NCBI GenBank assembly: GCA_951406725.2
Contig: OX597828.1
Coordinates: 10,416,001 to 10,480,000, forward strand
DNA length: 64,000 bases
Direction of reading: 5' to 3'
Source of the DNA: Octopus vulgaris
Lineage: Eukaryota
Shown: positions 1-14,653 of the stretch, in pieces
Position numbering within the stretch: position 1 is the first letter of the stretch
Layout of the letters: the number at the start of each line of letters is the position of its first letter
The notes under the pieces: model-generated
The model's input: the letters and a program-made list of their open reading frames with translations, nothing else
What the model was told of the DNA's origin: nothing
The model's database searches: none
Translations under genes and position numbers: made by a program

Positions 1-1535
1 TACAGAGTTCCAAGTAGTTAGTTCGTCTGAAATCCTTTGATTCGTTGCAAGCCAAGATTACCGAGTAGTCTGGATATATTAAATTCTTCTACATGAAAAA
101 ATAAAATACTAAAATGGTGATATTTGGTCATAGTACAATATATTATAGTACTACCTCTGAAAATTGTCCAGGATTCAACTAAACTCTTCTCTATCAAGCT
201 CATAATGGAAATGTGCAGCAGAAGCGATATGTTACATGATTAATGCTAATGTATAATGATATTGAGTGAATGATATATTTTTGGTGGCTGAAAGTGAACA
301 GCGTAAAAAAACACATGTAAGCAATGGAATCCTCATACCAATTGATATATTACAAAGCTAAAGTGTTTAAATTTGTGAGAGTTTCCTTGAAGGAAAAAAA
401 GACTGAGAAGTGGATGTGGATATAAAAAGTCATATAGGGAAAGTAGAAAGTAGCACAATATCGAATAATGAATTTAGTATTATGGATATCAATGTATCTG
501 GAGAAATATACGTGAAGTGACTTAAAATAAGGAAGGTAAATTTTAAAATGTAAATCATGTATTTTGGGAAATAAACCCGCCTACAAAAGGAAAGTGATAA
601 TTAAAAGAAGGGACACACAATACAATACATATATTATCAGAAAAAGAAAAACATAATGGAAAGGAATGAAAATGTTGTAAAGCTGTAGTTAAGAATGAAA
701 TTATCAATCGTGCTTTGATTGTGGCATTCCAAATGAAATATACATATAGCCAGCAAAAAAGCCATTCAAAAGAATAGCAATAACAATACAAGCAAGGAAA
801 AAGACCCCCACCTCACTTGAAAACAAAGCAGTAGGATTAAAAACAAGGAATGGCATGTGTCGATGCAAATAGAGATATATTAGTTGCTTAAAAGAAAATA
901 AAAAAATATGGTTTCTTTGCAGAGGAAATACATGTTGTGTATAGCTAAAGAATATTCAGTGAAGAGAATGAGGTAAGTGAAAACTAGCAGCGAAAGAATG
1001 CAGACGATAAAAGAATGACACATAACAAAGAAAATTAACCAATCCAAATGATAGAGAATAAATCACAGAATATTGAAAAAAAAAAAGAAAAAGAAACTCG
1101 TTTACAAACTGGCTAACGTGTAAGAAGTGATCATCTCTCGGTGTACGTTCATATGTGCCTGAAACACCTCAAAGGTGTATATGAGTATATACATATATTA
1201 TATACTAATCTTATTTTATATATCTTTTATATACATACCAATGTATATGTGTGTGTGATAGGGAGAGAATTATCACAAGCCTGTACGTGTATTAAACAAT
1301 TAAACGTATACATATGTATTTCTATTATATGTGCGTTATTGTTACTCCAATATATGAATTATGCATTAACTCATAGATAGATATACATTCTTAGCTGCAT
1401 GTATGTCACATACAGAAACGTTTGTGTTACAAATTTGCAGTACCGATGGAATATGTTTTGCTTCCAAAAATGTTGAAATTAATTGTGCAAGAATTTAGCA
1501 ATATTTCTTCCCCGCCTTTGACGCACTCTCTCGTT

Positions 1536-1578
<43 letters not shown>

Positions 1579-1579
1579 A

Positions 1580-1637
<58 letters not shown>

Positions 1638-1640
1638 TTC

Positions 1641-1832
1641 TTTTATTCTTTCATTCTTTTATTTGTTTCAGTTCTTTGACTGTGGTCATGCTGGAGCCCC
1701 ACCTTACGTCGTCGAACAAATCGCCCCCAGGACATATTCTTTGTAAGCTTAGTACTTACTCTATCGGTCTGTTTTGCCGAACCGCTACGCACCAACATCG
1801 GTTGTGAAGCGATGGGGTAGGGACAAACACAC
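1641..1832 (-). mobile_element. SINE family A, 3' half
   Basis: Reverse complement matches the 3' half of the full copies at 53804-54228 and 61332-61748 (gcggttcggcaaaa...ccagcatg...actgaaacaa, A-rich tail). Confidence 0.85.
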
Positions 1833-2200
1833 ACAAGCAAACATATATATATACATACACATACATGCATACATACATACAGTGAGAGAGACAAGCAGAC
1901 AGAATTGTAGTGGAGATGCATAGTTTCATAGAATCACGTGACAATCACGGAAAACTCCCCAAGTGAACACGGCTTGCAGACCATATAGTAATGGAGTACA
2001 GTAGATTAAAATGGCGCACCTGAAATCCAGAAATTATTTCCTGAGCAATATATGAAATACTAATTGCAAGGAGATATAGGACATGAAACCTTATGTTAAC
2101 GTGGAATGCTTAGATACGTAGTGAACTGTGAAACACACACGTACACACGCGGTGTCTACATATACACACACGTGCCCCGTTTATATAAACACATATACAC

Positions 2201-2285
<85 letters not shown>

Positions 2286-2460
2286 AATATATATATATAT
2301 ATATATAACCACACTCACACGAGTACACCTGCATAACCTCTACATGAAACATACATATATCTATCCACACATGCATATCCGCATTATCCATCTATCTATC
2401 TATCTACATTTTGCCTATCAATCTGTCTGTGTGTCTACCTTTCTATTAAATCTATGTATC

Positions 2461-2511
<51 letters not shown>

Positions 2512-3896
2512 ATTAAGATTCAGTTGAATTAGGTACTTAAATTGAGGTCCTTTGTAAGTTTGGTTTAACCAGAACACCACAACAAGAAAGGTTTCTTTCA
2601 AATTGATGTAATGTTTTTATTAATAATTAATTAGAACCACTTGAAACGGGCATAATGAGTTGATACCTGTACATCCTTGTTACTTCATATATGTAAGAGA
2701 TAATGGTGTCATTGAGACCCAAAGTTGTCAGATAATGCTGTATAAGTCCTATAGACATACCATAGTTAAGTTCCAGATATATATAACCCGAAGAGCGTTC
2801 GATTGGACACTTTGAAATCTCTGTTCCGACTCTGTGTAGCGATGTCAAATCTCATTGATATCAAAATTGCTTTTTATATATCAGGGGTTTACTAAAACTC
2901 GTAAATTCTATTTCTGGTATTTCAGTCCCAATATTTGTCACAGAGTATCAGTGCGTTAGACTGAACTAGCCCCTCTGTTTCACAAAACCATTTAAAGTTG
3001 ATGACTCAGGGTTTCGTCAAGTATCTTCTAGCGGCGGAACCAAGACCTACAATGGGCTACAGAGAACGTATCCCGTCAGGTTTGGGTATCCCCACATATT
3101 TAATTTGTGTGTGTGTGCGTGAGTGTCTGTGTATATGCATATATACATATATTTATGGCTGTGTGTCTTCATAAGAACGTGTGCGTGATTATGCGTGATG
3201 CATGTGTGTCGTGTGTGGTGTGTGTGTATTTAGGATTCTTTCCTTTATTTTTGCTTCAATACTGACGTTTTCCAAACGTCAGTATTAGTGTATATAGGGA
3301 CACCAGGACTTAGCGGTTATTTTTTCTATCGACAACTGTCTCAATTAATTGTATTACGTTCAAGCAGACATACGTGTTCCCAAGAAAGGATGTTGTCCTC
3401 CAAAATTTCAATAGGATTTCATCTTTTCTGTCAATTATTTCAAATATTTATTCAGATCCACTCACGAAATTAATACATTTAATACACAAGAGTGGATGTA
3501 GTTGGAAAGAACTCTAGAGATCTAATTGAAAAATTGAATAGACTGAGAAACGTGTACGTGTGTCAGCCATTCCATATACGCACTTGGAAGTGAATGACTG
3601 TGTGTCGGGCTGTACGATATGCATATGCGTGGGAATATTTGTTTTATTGTACTGCCTGTGTTGCAGCGGTTCTAAAGGAAAATGTGGTTGATAGTTAGCA
3701 TTGTAAGGAATTTAAAATTTGAAAGCTATCAAGTGTGTGAGAAATTTAAGTGCTAGACATTGCCAGGCATTCAGAGTGTTGTACTTCGTGAGCAGAAAAC
3801 GAATCTTTGCAGTTATACATATGTAGGTATACATGTGTGTATGAGTGCGCTTTTTTACATGTATGTGTACATACATACATATATATACATACATAC

Positions 3897-3957
<61 letters not shown>

Positions 3958-3985
3958 CATATAGTATATATATAATATATATATA

Positions 3986-4565
3986 TATCCGTAAATATAT
4001 GAGAGTTAACGTTAAATAGGTCAACTCTAGTGCTAGAAATAGCTCCGTATTCTGGTATAGCCGCCGACGATACCTCCACATACAAATAGCACTACCCTCA
4101 ACGTAAGGAAATTGAAATACAACTAAAAAATAGATTAATGTTCTACAATTTTTCTTTATCAATATAATATGCAAATTATACTCACACATATATCTATAAA
4201 TCATCAGCAACATTTGTCATTGATACAATTTATCAGAACTACATGGGCGACGATTACCCATACGGTCTAATTGATTGCATTCAGGGTTGTAGTTACAAGT
4301 TCCCCGCCAAAAGCATATGCTAAGACTTAGTGGAAGTGGATACCGCATGTAATATTTACTGCAGCGTATCAATTTAATAAATTCAAAAATGAGGGTGAAA
4401 GATTAGATATTAATTTAATAATACCATTGCCCTTTTTAACGTTAACTCTCTTATATTTACGGATAAATATGTATCGTCTCCCTGGTTTGTTATGTGCAAG
4501 GTCGCTTGGTTTTAAACCAATGGTATTATTAAATCAATATCTAATTTTTCACCCTCATTTTTGAA

Positions 4566-4569
<4 letters not shown>
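3986..4569. mobile_element. (TA)n-flanked element with two interleaved inverted repeats; probable Penelope-like pLTR relic
   Basis: 3986-4020 is inverted at 4431-4465 (35 bp, 2 mismatches). 4378-4429 is inverted at 4518-4569 (52 bp, 2 mismatches). (TA)n runs lie on both sides. The class assignment is inference. Confidence 0.6.
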
Positions 4570-4622
<53 letters not shown>

Positions 4623-4639
4623 TATAATATATATATACA

Positions 4640-4805
4640 CTTTTACTTGTTTCAGTCAGTTAACTGTTGGAATGCTGAAGCACCACCTTTAGCCGAATAA
4701 ATCGACCCCAGGACTTATTCTTTGTCAGCCTAGTACTTAGTCTATCGGTTTTTTTTTGCCGAAACGCTAAGTGATGGGGACGTAAACACACCAACATTGG
4801 TTGAC
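4640..4805 (-). mobile_element. SINE family A, 3' fragment
   Basis: cttttacttgtttcagtca...tcgaccccaggacttattctttgt...gggacgtaaacacacc is the reverse complement of the family A 3' region. Confidence 0.85.
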
Positions 4806-5323
4806 TTAGCACGCAGGTACGGCTAAACATATGTACCTACACACACACACACACACACACGCACATATATATTCATATGTGTATATATAGGTATACATAT
4901 GTGTATATGTGTGCGTGTGCGTGCGTTTGTACACTTGTGTATTTTTGCGTGCGTACGTGTGTGCGTGTATGTGTTTGATGGTGTGTGTATATGTGTGTGT
5001 GTGTGCATGTGTGTGATTTATGGTATAGAAATTTAGAAAATCCACTTAATTACCAAACTAGCGGTCTATATGTTAATTTGGTTAAGAGAATGAATATTAG
5101 GAAAACATTCAAGGTAACGTTACATACAAACTTGTACTCTTATATGAGTACTGATTACGAAGTTGGTACTTTCAATAGAGATTATATAAATAAACAAATA
5201 TTGCATGTTGCTCAAGCCATGTAGAGGGAAACTGGTGTTAGGGAACTAAATAGGTCCTTCGTTATAATCTCCCCACATCAGTGAATCTTTGATAGTGTGA
5301 CATCCTGAACTTTATATTGTATA

Positions 5324-5559
5324 GGCGGCGAGTTGGCAGAAACGTTAGCATGCCGAGCGTCAATCTTAGCGGTATTTCGTCTGCCGTTTCGTTCTGAGTT
5401 CTAATTCCGCCGAGGTCGACTTTGTCTTCCATCCTTTAGGGGTAAATAAATTAAGTACCAATTACGCACTGAGGTCGATGTAATCAACTTAATCCCTTTG
5501 TCTGTCCTTGTTTGTTCCCTCTATGTTTAGCCCCTTGTGGGCAAAAAGAAAAGTAAAAA
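5324..5559 (+). mobile_element. SINE family B (tRNA-like head, Nin/Deu-like domain), full length with TSD
   Basis: Head ggcggcgagttggcagaaacgttagc, B-box-like gagttctaattcc, and ttccatcctttaggggtaaataaattaagtacc resembling the Nin/Deu SINE domain. 10-bp TSD atattgtata at 5314-5323 and 5560-5569. Confidence 0.85.
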
Positions 5560-5759
5560 ATATTGTATATGTCTTTTTAGACCTTCCTCCATATCATATC
5601 TAATAGACTACATTCTGCTACAGAAACCTCTAACTAATTCAGCGTTACGATATCTCACCCATCATGTTGTTTGATGCATAAAATCCTGCTAATAATTGGT
5701 ACAGTTGTCATTGTTTAGAAATGTAATACCATTTTCTTCATCGATATATTTACATGCGT

Positions 5760-6447
5760 ATGTCAAATAATTATCAATGGCGTTTTGAACATGCGCAAAA
5801 TTTGTGCAAAGTTTGATCTCAGGATAGCCAATGACGAAATGAAGGAAAGGCGTGTTGGTGACAGGAAGATGGTGGAGATCGTTACTTCAGTTCAAAGAGT
5901 ACTTAAGTCTCCAATCACCTGTGATAAAAGCGTGATCTGTTGTTATGATCCAAAGATAAGATGCAAGTGTATCGTCTACTTCCACAGGATTCCGTTTGGT
6001 CAGACGATCAGAAATGTGCACTTTGCAAAGGTTGAGAGAGGGTTCAGGAAGTCAGCTCACCTACTCGGGTCGGTGGCACTTGCACTAGGACGATGCACCA
6101 GTCCACAATTCCAGTGTGGTTACGAACTACTCGACATTAAATCTGTTCGTCACTCTCTCTGCAGCTCGCACCTTGCTCCCAGTGTCTTTTGTCGTCCAAG
6201 CTGTAGGGAAACCTTAAGGCCTTTCATTTTGAAGATCTTAAGATGATGTAGGAAGCTGTGACAATGTGTTCTGGATACCAACAATCTGGAGACATCCATT
6301 AAGGTCTTCACGTAATAGTTTGAGTGCCCTAACAGATGCATTACATTCAGAGGATCCTACTTGGAAGTAGAATAGGGTTTATACTTCTTTCAAATTCTTA
6401 ACGGTCTCTCCTGAAAAAGCCTCATAACTTCAGAAATGCAACTCGTA
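5760..6447 (+). mobile_element. Degenerate, internally deleted mariner transposon (3' part with right end)
   Basis: Translates to LNMRKICAKF, ITCDKS..CYDPK (TGDE motif), WHLH*DDAPVH (HDNA motif), HSLCSSHLAPSVF (HPPYSPDLAP motif) and RCITFRGSYLE*. Ends ...gaaatgcaactcgTA, like a mariner TIR. Confidence 0.8.
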
Positions 6448-7106
6448 CATACCTATCTTCTGTAGTTTTCCCATTACTAAAATTCAGACACACTCTAAAA
6501 AAAAACAACTCTTTTTTGTTTATCAGTAGGTTCAAGTTAAATTGCACTGCAATTGAACGTGTTCTGCATGATTGTAAAACATCTTTCTTTTAATAAATAT
6601 CCACATTTTTGAAGAAAATACAAGATAAAAATGGAGTAACTGTGAACGTCTGAATGTAATAATTTTCCTAGATATTACAACCGTTCCTTTAATCTTCCTA
6701 GATATTACAACCATTATATTATCTTTGTAATTGGACCCCACTGTCATAGTAAAGCACTATGTGCTTTACAAACACAGTATACTTAACATGGTGTTCGAAA
6801 ACTACAGTGATGACCAACTTCTCTCAGCCTTTGATAATGGATATTTACTGTAAGCCTAACTTGCAAAGTATCGTAGAAACTATGTTTGAAGGAAGCTGTT
6901 ACAATGTTACACTAATATTCGAAGGATTTGTAGACACTTTCATGGCCCATCGACCTAGTGCCGAATTGCTTAACACTGTGTATAAAATGTATTGCTATAA
7001 TCAGCAGGACTATTGCAAAAGAGATCAGTATTTTATTAACGTGAAATATCGAGAAGAGAAGAGCTTGAAGAGAGAGAGAGAGCAAAGTACATGGTGATAA
7101 GGAGAC

Positions 7107-7161
<55 letters not shown>

Positions 7162-7558
7162 AGTTGAAAAAGGTAAAACACATTAGAGGAAAAGAAATCA
7201 TAAGAATTAGATAGAGCTGTAAAAAAGAGATAAAAGGTTAGAATGAGAAATCAAAACAGAGACAGAGACCGTGTATTAGAATGAGAGAGAATGGAATAGA
7301 GAGAACAGAGGCGGCTCTCGTTGAATAACTTCCATCTGCTTTATTTTGTTTGACTACTTTCAGTGATTGGAGTGAAGGCATGCTTATTGCTGTTCGATTA
7401 TATTGAACCACTGTTTATATCGTTCATGTATTATTTTTCAGGGAAGATAAGAATTTAAATATAGGTACTACCGTGGTGGGAAATCAGGCAGACGGACGTA
7501 AATACTGTAAAGTTTTTACTGTCTGGCTGAACCATCATTACCTATACAATGGCACACA

Positions 7559-7623
<65 letters not shown>

Positions 7624-7644
7624 GCACGCACGCACGCACGCACA
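7559..7644. repeat. (CA)n/(CACG)n microsatellite
   Basis: Seen directly. Confidence 0.95.
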
Positions 7645-8125
7645 CAGCACGAAACATACATTCACACAAAAGCACAGATATTGTTTGTTTAGGTCAGTTC
7701 AGTGAACTCTTACTTTGAGGTTGCATAGCGTACAGACACTTTTAAAGAAAAGTGAAATCGGGACCTAGTTTAGCTAATTAGCCGTCGTACACAACGATAA
7801 CTCCACATTACAAGCCAATGGGCTTAAAGTATGTTCGGGCAAACGTGTATGTGTTTGTGTGAGCCTATGTGTGGGATGCTGTTTGTGTGTAAGTGTGCAT
7901 TTGCGGGCGCTTGTCAGCGTGTGCGTTGACATAAAACGTGCAACCGCTTAAATTTAATTTACAATTCTTCACAATCACAAAGGTACGGCAGAAAACGTTC
8001 GGTCCAAATTGCTCTGCAGAGAGATGGAGATTACACTGCGTCTGACAAAAGCTTCGTTGTGTTTACAACCGTTCAGATCCTACTGAGGTCAGTTTTATAA
8101 TGTGCAAATATATACACACATATAC

Positions 8126-8156
8126 AGATAAATAGATAGATAGATAGATAGATAGA

Positions 8157-8253
<97 letters not shown>

Positions 8254-8275
8254 ACAGACAGACAGACAGATAGAC

Positions 8276-8339
<64 letters not shown>

Positions 8340-8348
8340 TGACTGACT

Positions 8349-8428
<80 letters not shown>
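8126..8428. repeat. Compound (GATA)n/(TA)n/(GACA)n microsatellite
   Basis: Seen directly; source of the IYLS-repeat ORFs. Confidence 0.95.
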
Positions 8429-8429
<1 letters not shown>

Positions 8430-8608
8430 CGGTGGGTTTCGATACAAAATGTTTTCTTCCCAACAATATGGTTCCAGTTTCAGTCTCACTGCCGGACACT
8501 TTGGGCAATGTCTTGTACTAAAACTGTGGGCCCCTGGAAACTCTCGTGAGTACATTTGGTAGACAGAAACTGAAAGAAGACCGTCGTATATCTGTATCAA
8601 ATTTTGTA

Positions 8609-8696
<88 letters not shown>

Positions 8697-8939
8697 CGTA
8701 TGTGCCTGTGTTTGTGTTTGTGTGTGTCTGTTTGTTATTCTATTGAACCACGGCTTGACAACCGGTTTTGCTATATCAACGGCGTATTAACATAGCGTTT
8801 CAGCATAAAACCGATAGGATATGTACCGGACTTAAAAGTAATAGGTACTGTGGTTGATTTGGTCGATTTAAACCTTTCACAGTGCTGTTCCAGTATCCCT
8901 GCTGTCCAATGACTGAACCAAACGAAAGATAAAATAAAA
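8430..8939 (+). mobile_element. Diverged SINE family A with expanded internal (GT)n
   Basis: ggttccagtttcagtctcactg..ctttgggcaatgtc, gaaactgaaagaagaccgtcgtata, (GT)n, gcttgacaaccg, aatgactgaa tail. Confidence 0.8.
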
Positions 8940-11900
8940 TGTATGCGTGCGTGCGTGCGTGCGTTCATACGCGCGCGTGTATGTGTGTGTGTGTTAAGAA
9001 GTTAAACTATATAGCGTTTTAAAACATTTGGGGAGTTATATTTCGATGCCTAGTGTCAAAACGTTGCCTTTGTACCCAAGTAGTATCCGTAAGTCTTATA
9101 TGTAATAAATTAACGTTATTAGTTGAATGATTCATACACTTCAGTAAATCTTACTTTGCTTTTTATTTCGTGTCTATTTTATTCTTTGATCCTCAATCAT
9201 AGTAAAGCATCTCCGAAAAAAATACGCCCAATCTTAATATTGTCTGTAACTTCTTCATTTCCCTCATTTGCTATGAAATATAATCAAATATTTAATCACA
9301 CTAATTCATCTACTTATTATTACTGCTTTTATCTTAGAGACGAATTCACACACATTTATAGTAGCATATACACAATAACACACACACTCACACAGACATA
9401 CTTATATATGTATGTATGTACGTTCGTACGTATGTATGTATGTATGTATGTATGTATGTATGTATGTATGTACGTACATATGTATGTATATATGTATGTA
9501 TGTATTATATATATATATACGTGTATGTATATATGTATGTATGTATAATACACAGCCGTATTTTAAATACTACACTATTAAACATGTTTAATCACTTGAA
9601 GCAGAGAACACATACACAAGTAGACAGATATACAAACACAACTACGTTTCATTTTATAAAATATCATTTGCGGTTCTTTTGAAATTTCCCATTCTTTCCC
9701 AATTGATTATTTCTTGACGAGTTAGGCAATTTCGTTGCTGTAATTTACCCCACCTTCCTATCCTCTATCCCATCTTATCTTTAACAAAGATAATCTTTCC
9801 TACTCTTCATCTATACAATAATTCTCATATTTTATTATCTTTTAAATCGGATGCCATCCTAACTATCCTACCATATCTATTGATTCATAAGATGTCGTTT
9901 CTCTCCACAATCTCCCGCTCTGATTTTCTCTTCTTATCTTTTCCATTCCACCATTGTTTCATTTTTCTCTCTTTTTCCATCTTCTCTCTCTCTTCCAATT
10001 TTATATTCTCTCTACTCTCAATACATCATTGTCTCTCACTTGTTAACTATTCCTCTCGACCTTTAACTATTAATCTCTCTGTCCCACCATATCACTCTCT
10101 CTCTCTCTCTCTCTCACTCTTGTTTTCTCTCTCTCTCTCTCTCGCTTTCTTTCACTCTCTCAATTTATGAATTTGTGTTTATTTCTTCTGTGCTTTCCTC
10201 TACTATTTCACACACTTGTTAACGTAGACACTTCTACACTAACAGATATTAAGGTTAAATATTTCCAGTTTCTATTATTTGTTGACTACATTCTAAATGG
10301 CACCGTCGCTTCGATGTGAAGTTGGGGTGAAGATTATTGAACACCCGAGGTTCTGCTTTGATGTCAACTCTTTGCCGATTCAACTTTGAATTTAAGACAA
10401 CATTTCTCTTTCACTTTGTCGCATTTTCTGATAGATGCTCTCAGTTCAAAAAGCGAGTTATCATTTCATGCTTCAATGTAAAACTATTCGTTTGTAAAGT
10501 TACAGATTGATTACGAATAAAACAACCAATGCAAAAACAAAACCAGAGAAATATGACCACCGTTTGTGTAGTCAGATAATGTCTGGCCTCTTACAGGCTT
10601 GGCCAAGTAGCAAAGATAAAAGAAAAATACAAACCCGTTGAAAGAATTTCTAAATTTTAATAAAGATATAACCATGTTAATACCAGGCCAACTCCCAAAC
10701 ATCGCTATAATTGAAACTGTTGATGTCGTTTTTGGTGTTCTTGTTGTTTTTGTAACTACTGTTATTCTTGTAATTGTTGCTGTTTTTGAGGTCATATTTT
10801 TGTTGATTTTGTTCCCCACCCCAAATTTCTTCGTTCAATTATTGCTGCTATTCAGGATATTTGATTAATGACTGGATATTGAAACAAATTTTGATTCTAA
10901 AGAATTATTAAGAATACAAACTAAATCCAAAGGAAAATTATTAATACCGATTTCAATTACATAAACGTACAGTGCAATCCGATCTGCAATTTAGTCGTAA
11001 TAAATGCAATGGCTCACTGATCCGAGCAATATAGACACTCAATGTCACAATTCGTTTCACTTGACATACACATTTGACCCTAGACTAGAGATGCACAGAG
11101 AGCGATAGATACCCGACCCGATAGAGTAAACCTGAAGTAAGTTCGAATTTACATGTGCTGCTGTGAAGTTTACCCAAGCTGTATAACATCATCGACAGAT
11201 GCGATGTACTACAAAATGTGTAGACGTGAAAATTAAGTTGTAGGCATGACGTTCTGAGTTCATTCTCTGTCCGGAAAATAATATCGGGCTAATACCTGAA
11301 TGCTAGCGATTAGAGAAGCTTTCTCACGACTGATACCATTCATTAATCAATCGATACTATGGAGGAGTGTTATGTTAAATTGGGGCGGAATTTGGTTGAT
11401 TCGAATATTTCAAGAAAAGACAAAATTGCCGCGAAAGCAAAACGTTGAATAAAAAAAAATGTTACCTTATTTACTTTTATAGGTGTATCTATTAGATTTC
11501 AAATATCACCGCTGTAACTTTTGCAATTCATTTTACCTGACCCTACAAATTAACGACCGATCATGCTCGAGGCCTAATTCGACTTTGTGGCGGCGGAAAA
11601 GGTTTAGCAAGATACTAATAAAAAATTAGTTACGTGCTTTCTTCATATTCCACTTTAAGCTTCGCCCTTTCTGAATCAAGTAACTCTATATTCAATCACT
11701 TATTGTTCTACAAAAACAATGACATTGTTCAGCTCGTTTCTTACATATGGATAAACTGAGAATTTGCATTCATAAATTTTCCATTGGAACTGATCTTAAC
11801 TGAAAATCGAGAGCGTTTGCAAAATAACAAAATCGAGAACAAGTAAGTAGGCCTCAACGTGCACTATTGATGACTATTACTCAAGATTTGACCTTACGGT

Positions 11901-13089
11901 TTAAAGCTTAACTGCATATGAGTTCGTAGTTTTTCAAGGTTATTATTAGCTCCAGAAGTGAAACTGAACGCGCTAAGCTTGTCAGTGTCACAACTAACAA
12001 TGCGAATAACCATTGCGCTAAGGTGCAACACTTGCATTTATGTCAGATCAAGAATTTATCACGGCAATGTGGTGTATTCAAGTAAATCGGTCCCATCTAA
12101 TTCCTAGTATTTATATGACCAATTTCAGAAAGAAAACATAATTGATCGGCATAGGCGAAATATTGTAAATGGTAGAAAAAATAGCAAGATTTTTAAATAA
12201 CAGAGAAATTGAAAGGTTACGCAGAACAAGTTACCGTTGTATTATGTTATTGAAAAAAATATTTTCTTTGATAAAAGAAAATAATTTGAGAAAAGTATCA
12301 AAAGAAAAATAGTGAGAAAAATTATCAAAAGGAATAACATTCATGTTATTCTTAAATACATATCTAAAAAGAAGTTGTTAAAGCAAGTTGCAGAAAAAAA
12401 AACAAAAAAAACAAAACAAATATTCTTTTCTTACTAAACATAACTAAAGATGAAATAAATTCTAAAATACAATTTTTGGAACGTTTTAACATAAAATGAT
12501 GCATGCCCAAGGGGAGGAGAGAAAACTGGGCAGGACGCCACGAAAACAGATACAGTTTTACGTGAAATGCTTTTCCAATATGATATTACTCAAGGGTGCC
12601 GCAAAAGAGACATTAATGAAAATAATTGAATTATGCCATGTCTAGAAATGTCAATGTGCAAAATAGTTCCAGCATCCTGGCTCTCTTCAAAGCATATACA
12701 CTTGCTGTGTATTGTAGGCATTCTTTTTTATCGTGTTATTCAATAGGTTATACTTTTGCAAATTTAGCTTACAGTAACTTTTTAAATAATGAAGCTCAAA
12801 GTAATTAGTCTGTACCCACGAGAATTTATATATACATACACATATGTATGTGTGCGCGTGCGTTTTTAGAGAGAGAGAGAGAGAGAGAGAGTGAGAGAAA
12901 GGAAATAGAGAGAGAAAGTGAGAAATCTAGATAGATACATAGTTGATGGATGGATATAAGGCGTACATGCGTGTGCATACACAATAGCATATATATATAT
13001 ATATAAACATAAGCTTATACACACACATATACACACATATCTATGTAACTGTGTATCTGTCTGTCTTTCTCTCTCTTTCTATATATAAC

Positions 13090-13160
<71 letters not shown>

Positions 13161-13199
13161 TACACACATATATATACACATACATACATACATATATGT

Positions 13200-13230
<31 letters not shown>

Positions 13231-13455
13231 TAGATAGATAGACAGACAAACAAATAGATAGATATATACCTACCTACTTACCTATCTACATACATATATA
13301 CATACATACATAGGTATATGAATATATGTAAATGCATGGGTGTAAGTTTAAAAGTACGTAAAATACGAGGGCACTCACATGTGCACATACAAGTATTTAC
13401 CTGATTCTTCAATTCCCTTCAATCACACACATATGTATATATCTATTATATTATA

Positions 13456-13578
13456 TTTCCGTCTACCAAATCCATTCAGAGCTTGTGTTAGCAGAGGCTA
13501 TAGTAGAAGACATTTGGGGCTGATCCTATAACCATGCGGTTACGAAGCAAGCGTCTTACTGCCGGGCCACGCCTGCAC
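13456..13578 (-). mobile_element. SINE family A, 5' fragment with internal deletion
   Basis: tttccgtctaccaaatcca...gaggctatagtagaagaca...gcaagcgtcttac...gccacgcctgc. Confidence 0.75.
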
Positions 13579-14247
13579 ATATGCATACAGCATTTGAACA
13601 CACACGTCCTAGACAGTCATACAATTCAAAAAAACAACAAATTATCACTTTATAAATTTTCATTTTCTTAAAAAATATATTTTTATAAAAATATTAGTTG
13701 GTTTCTAGTTAAAAAAACCCAGGTTTTCTGCATTGAAAAAGTCTGGTTAAGAATCTATCCGGTAAACGTGACCCAACCCAGACGCCTTGCAACTATGTTA
13801 TAATACGGACCAATATGTTGCAGAGGGTGTTTAAAGATAGAAAGCTTCATAAATCCGACGACTTTTCTTGACTAGCCCTAGTGTTTAAATAATTTGTTCA
13901 GTCATACGTGAATAATTATCATTCTAGTGCTTTCTGGATTCTTCGATGGTTTCTTTATACAGTTCATAACAAGTATAAAATTAACTATAGATGATTTCAC
14001 TGTGACGTAATAATGTTACGAAAATGACTTTAGGAACCTGAATCAAATCGAGAAACTGTCTTCCTCTTGCGGTTTCCTAACCTTAACAATGTCCCTAACA
14101 ATCACATTTTGTAATTTTGATTGCCCAATCCTACTCCGCTACGGCTGGATTACAATGAATCGACCGCTTGTCTACCCTTCTGTACAAAATGGGCTCAGCA
14201 GTATCTAAACTAGAGAGAAGGGAGGGAACCTATGGAAAATAAAAAAA

Positions 14248-14653
14248 TAGAAAAATTGGCTCCAATCAACCAGACATTGTGATCAAGAAACATGTCTACT
14301 AATAGATATATCTGTCCCACAAGCTCAAAATCTCTCAAGAAAGGAATACGAAAATATTTCTTACAATAAAGCTATGCAAATGGAAATCACAAAAATGTGG
14401 AAGCTTAGTACAACCAGTAATAATTGGTGCGTTGAGAATGATAAAGAAGGGAACTCAGAAGTATATTAAGCAACTCCCTGGTAATTCCTACAAAAGATAA
14501 CATTGGTGGGTGGGTACAGCCCACATCCCACAGAAGGCACTCTCCATTTAAAATTTAGCACATATAGCAAAACAAATGTGCCCTCGCTACACTTGGCCTC
14601 CGGATGATACCCGGCACTAAGGCAGCTGAAATAAATTCATAATGAAAGGGAAC

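Noticed and set aside
2627-2848. 73-aa minus-strand ORF with possible donors
   Set aside because: No adequate acceptor, and not phase-linkable with confidence to the candidate exons.
6759-7097. 112-aa ORF
   Set aside because: No recognisable motif or convincing splice sites, and it ends in a GA-rich repeat.
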